From NCBI GenBank assembly GCA_965235115.1, contig OZ249436.1, forward strand, positions 5,582,001 to 5,646,000: a stretch of DNA of 64,000 nucleotides, given 5' to 3'. Under the pieces are notes generated by a model. The model did no database searches, was not told the DNA's origin, and saw only the letters and a list, made by a program, of their open reading frames with translations. Shown here in pieces: positions 62,352 to 64,000 of this stretch. The translations under genes and the position numbers were made by a program. The DNA is from Laetmonice hystrix. Lineage: Eukaryota. How positions within the stretch are numbered: the stretch's first letter is position 1; every line of letters begins with the position of its first letter.

Positions 62352-63557
62352 GTGTTCCCTTCACTCCGTGCCGCGTTCTCTTCACTCCCTCGGCCGTGCC
62401 GCGTTCCCTCCACTCCCTCGGCCGTGCCGCGTTCCCTTCACTCCCTCGGCCGTGCCGCGTTCTCTTCACTCCCTCGGCCGTGCCGCGTCCCATTCACTCC
62501 CTCGGCCGTGCCGCGTTACCTTCACTCCCTCGGCCGTGCCGCGTTCCCTTCACTCTCTCGGCCGTGCCGCGTTACCTTCACTCCCTCGGCCGTGCCGCGT
62601 TCCCTTCACTCCCTCGGCCGTGCCGCGTTACCTTCACTCCCTCGGCCGTGCACCGTTCCCTTCACTCTCTCGGCCGTGCCGCGTTCCCTTCACCCCCTCG
62701 GCCGTGCCGCGTTCCCTTCACTCCCTCGGCCGTGCCGCGTTCCTTTCACTCCCTCGGCCGTGCCGCGTTACCTTCACTCCCTCGGCCATGCCGCGTTCCC
62801 TTCACTCCCTCGGCCGTGCCACGTTCCCTTAACTCTCTCGGCCGTGCCGCGTCCCATTCACTCCCTCGGCCGTGCCACGTTCCCTTCACTCTCTCGGCCG
62901 TGCCGCGTTCCCGTCACCCCCTCCGCCATGCCGCGTTCCCTTCACCCCCTCGGCCTTGCCGCGTTACCTTCACTCCCTCGGCCGTGCCGCGTTCCCTTTA
63001 CTCCCTCGGCCGTGCCGCGTTCCCGTCACCCCCTCGGCCGTGCCGCGTTCCCTTCACCCCCTCGGCCGTGCCGCGTTACCTTCACTCCCTCGGCCGTGCC
63101 GCGTTCCCTTTACCCCCTCGGCCGTGCCGCGTTCCCTTCACCCCCTCGGCCGTGCCACGTTCCCTTCACTCTCTCGGCCGTGCCGCGTTCCCGTCACCCC
63201 CTCGGCCGTGCCGCGTTCCCTTCACCCCCTCGGCCGTGCCGCGTTACCTTCACTCTCTCGGCCGTGCCGCGTTCCCGTCACCCCCTCGGCCGTGCCGCTT
63301 CCCTTCACCCCCTCGGCCGTGCCGCGTTCCCTTCACTCCCTCGGCCGTGCCGCGTTCCATTCACTCCCTCGGCCGTGCCGCGTTCCATTCACTCCCTCGG
63401 CCGTGCCGCGTTACCTTCACTCCCTCGGCCGTGCCGCGTTCCCTTCACCCCCTCGGCCGTGCCGCGTTACCTTCACTCCCTCGGCCGTGCCGCGTTACCT
63501 TCACTCCCTCGGCCGTGCCGCGTTCCCTTTACTCCCTCGGCCGTGCCGCGTTCCCTT
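62352..63557. repeat. 28-bp GC-rich minisatellite, ~43 copies
   Basis: Unit TTCACTCCCTCGGCCGTGCCGCGTTCCC. Confidence 0.97.
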
Positions 63558-64000
63558 TTAGACTTTTATTCAGTTTGAAAAGAAGCCCCCATGCACTGTT
63601 GATTGCAAATCCACACATTTCAGGTCGAACGAAAAAAGTTAATATCCATCCTTTAATCCTTTAATGCCGATAGATCCCGCTAGAGGGAGGGACCATGAAA
63701 TATAGGCCAATTATGCATTTGTAGCCGAAAGTCCACGTGTTAGAAAATGTCACAGTGTATGATCCTTCGCCACCTGCTTGCCTTGACCGATGACATTTCT
63801 GGTGTATATCATTGTCCATTGTGTCGGTAGGGCTTTTTGTGCCTAACATAATATTTATGTGTAATGAAGTAGGATGGTCGGCGTGGCGCACAAAGTGTTG
63901 GCATTGTATATCAAGTTGTACGGAGGAAGGTGAAAGGGGATTGACGGCGCACCACATCACCCTACACCACATCAATCAACACCCTGCACCACATCAATCA

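Noticed and set aside
62289..63664. 429-aa and 441-aa ORFs
   Set aside because: Translations of a stop-free 28-bp minisatellite. The same peptide cycles through all three frames.

Overview
Eukaryotic DNA from an intron-rich, AT-rich bilaterian animal, probably a marine invertebrate (the taxon cannot be fixed from the sequence). It is not prokaryotic, and I saw no CRISPR, rRNA or tRNA. Five spliced protein-coding genes can be reconstructed by hand with phase-consistent splice sites: the 3' part of NOL11 (+, with a U12-type minor intron), mitochondrial thioredoxin TXN2 (-), a TEX33-like gene (+, with two homologous alternative last exons), a 14-exon membrane-anchored multicopper oxidase/laccase (+), and an unassigned 493-aa secreted, probably GPI-anchored protein (-) with a probable decayed paralog next to it. 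Most of the rest is non-autonomous DNA transposons, often nested and with empty-site controls inside the window, plus minisatellites. The three most unusual observations are: (1) an ~11-kb foldback-type element whose inverted arms are 463-bp tandem arrays with one near-consensus CTCF motif per unit (4 forward on the left, 6 reverse on the right, so convergent), lying between the divergent TXN2 and TEX33-like 5' ends; (2) minisatellites that amplify real exon/intron junctions, giving 15 copies of the NOL11 U12 5' splice site and ~28 copies of a laccase AG|GT junction; (3) a four-element nested palindromic transposon complex. Family assignments come from remembered motifs and were not run against databases.
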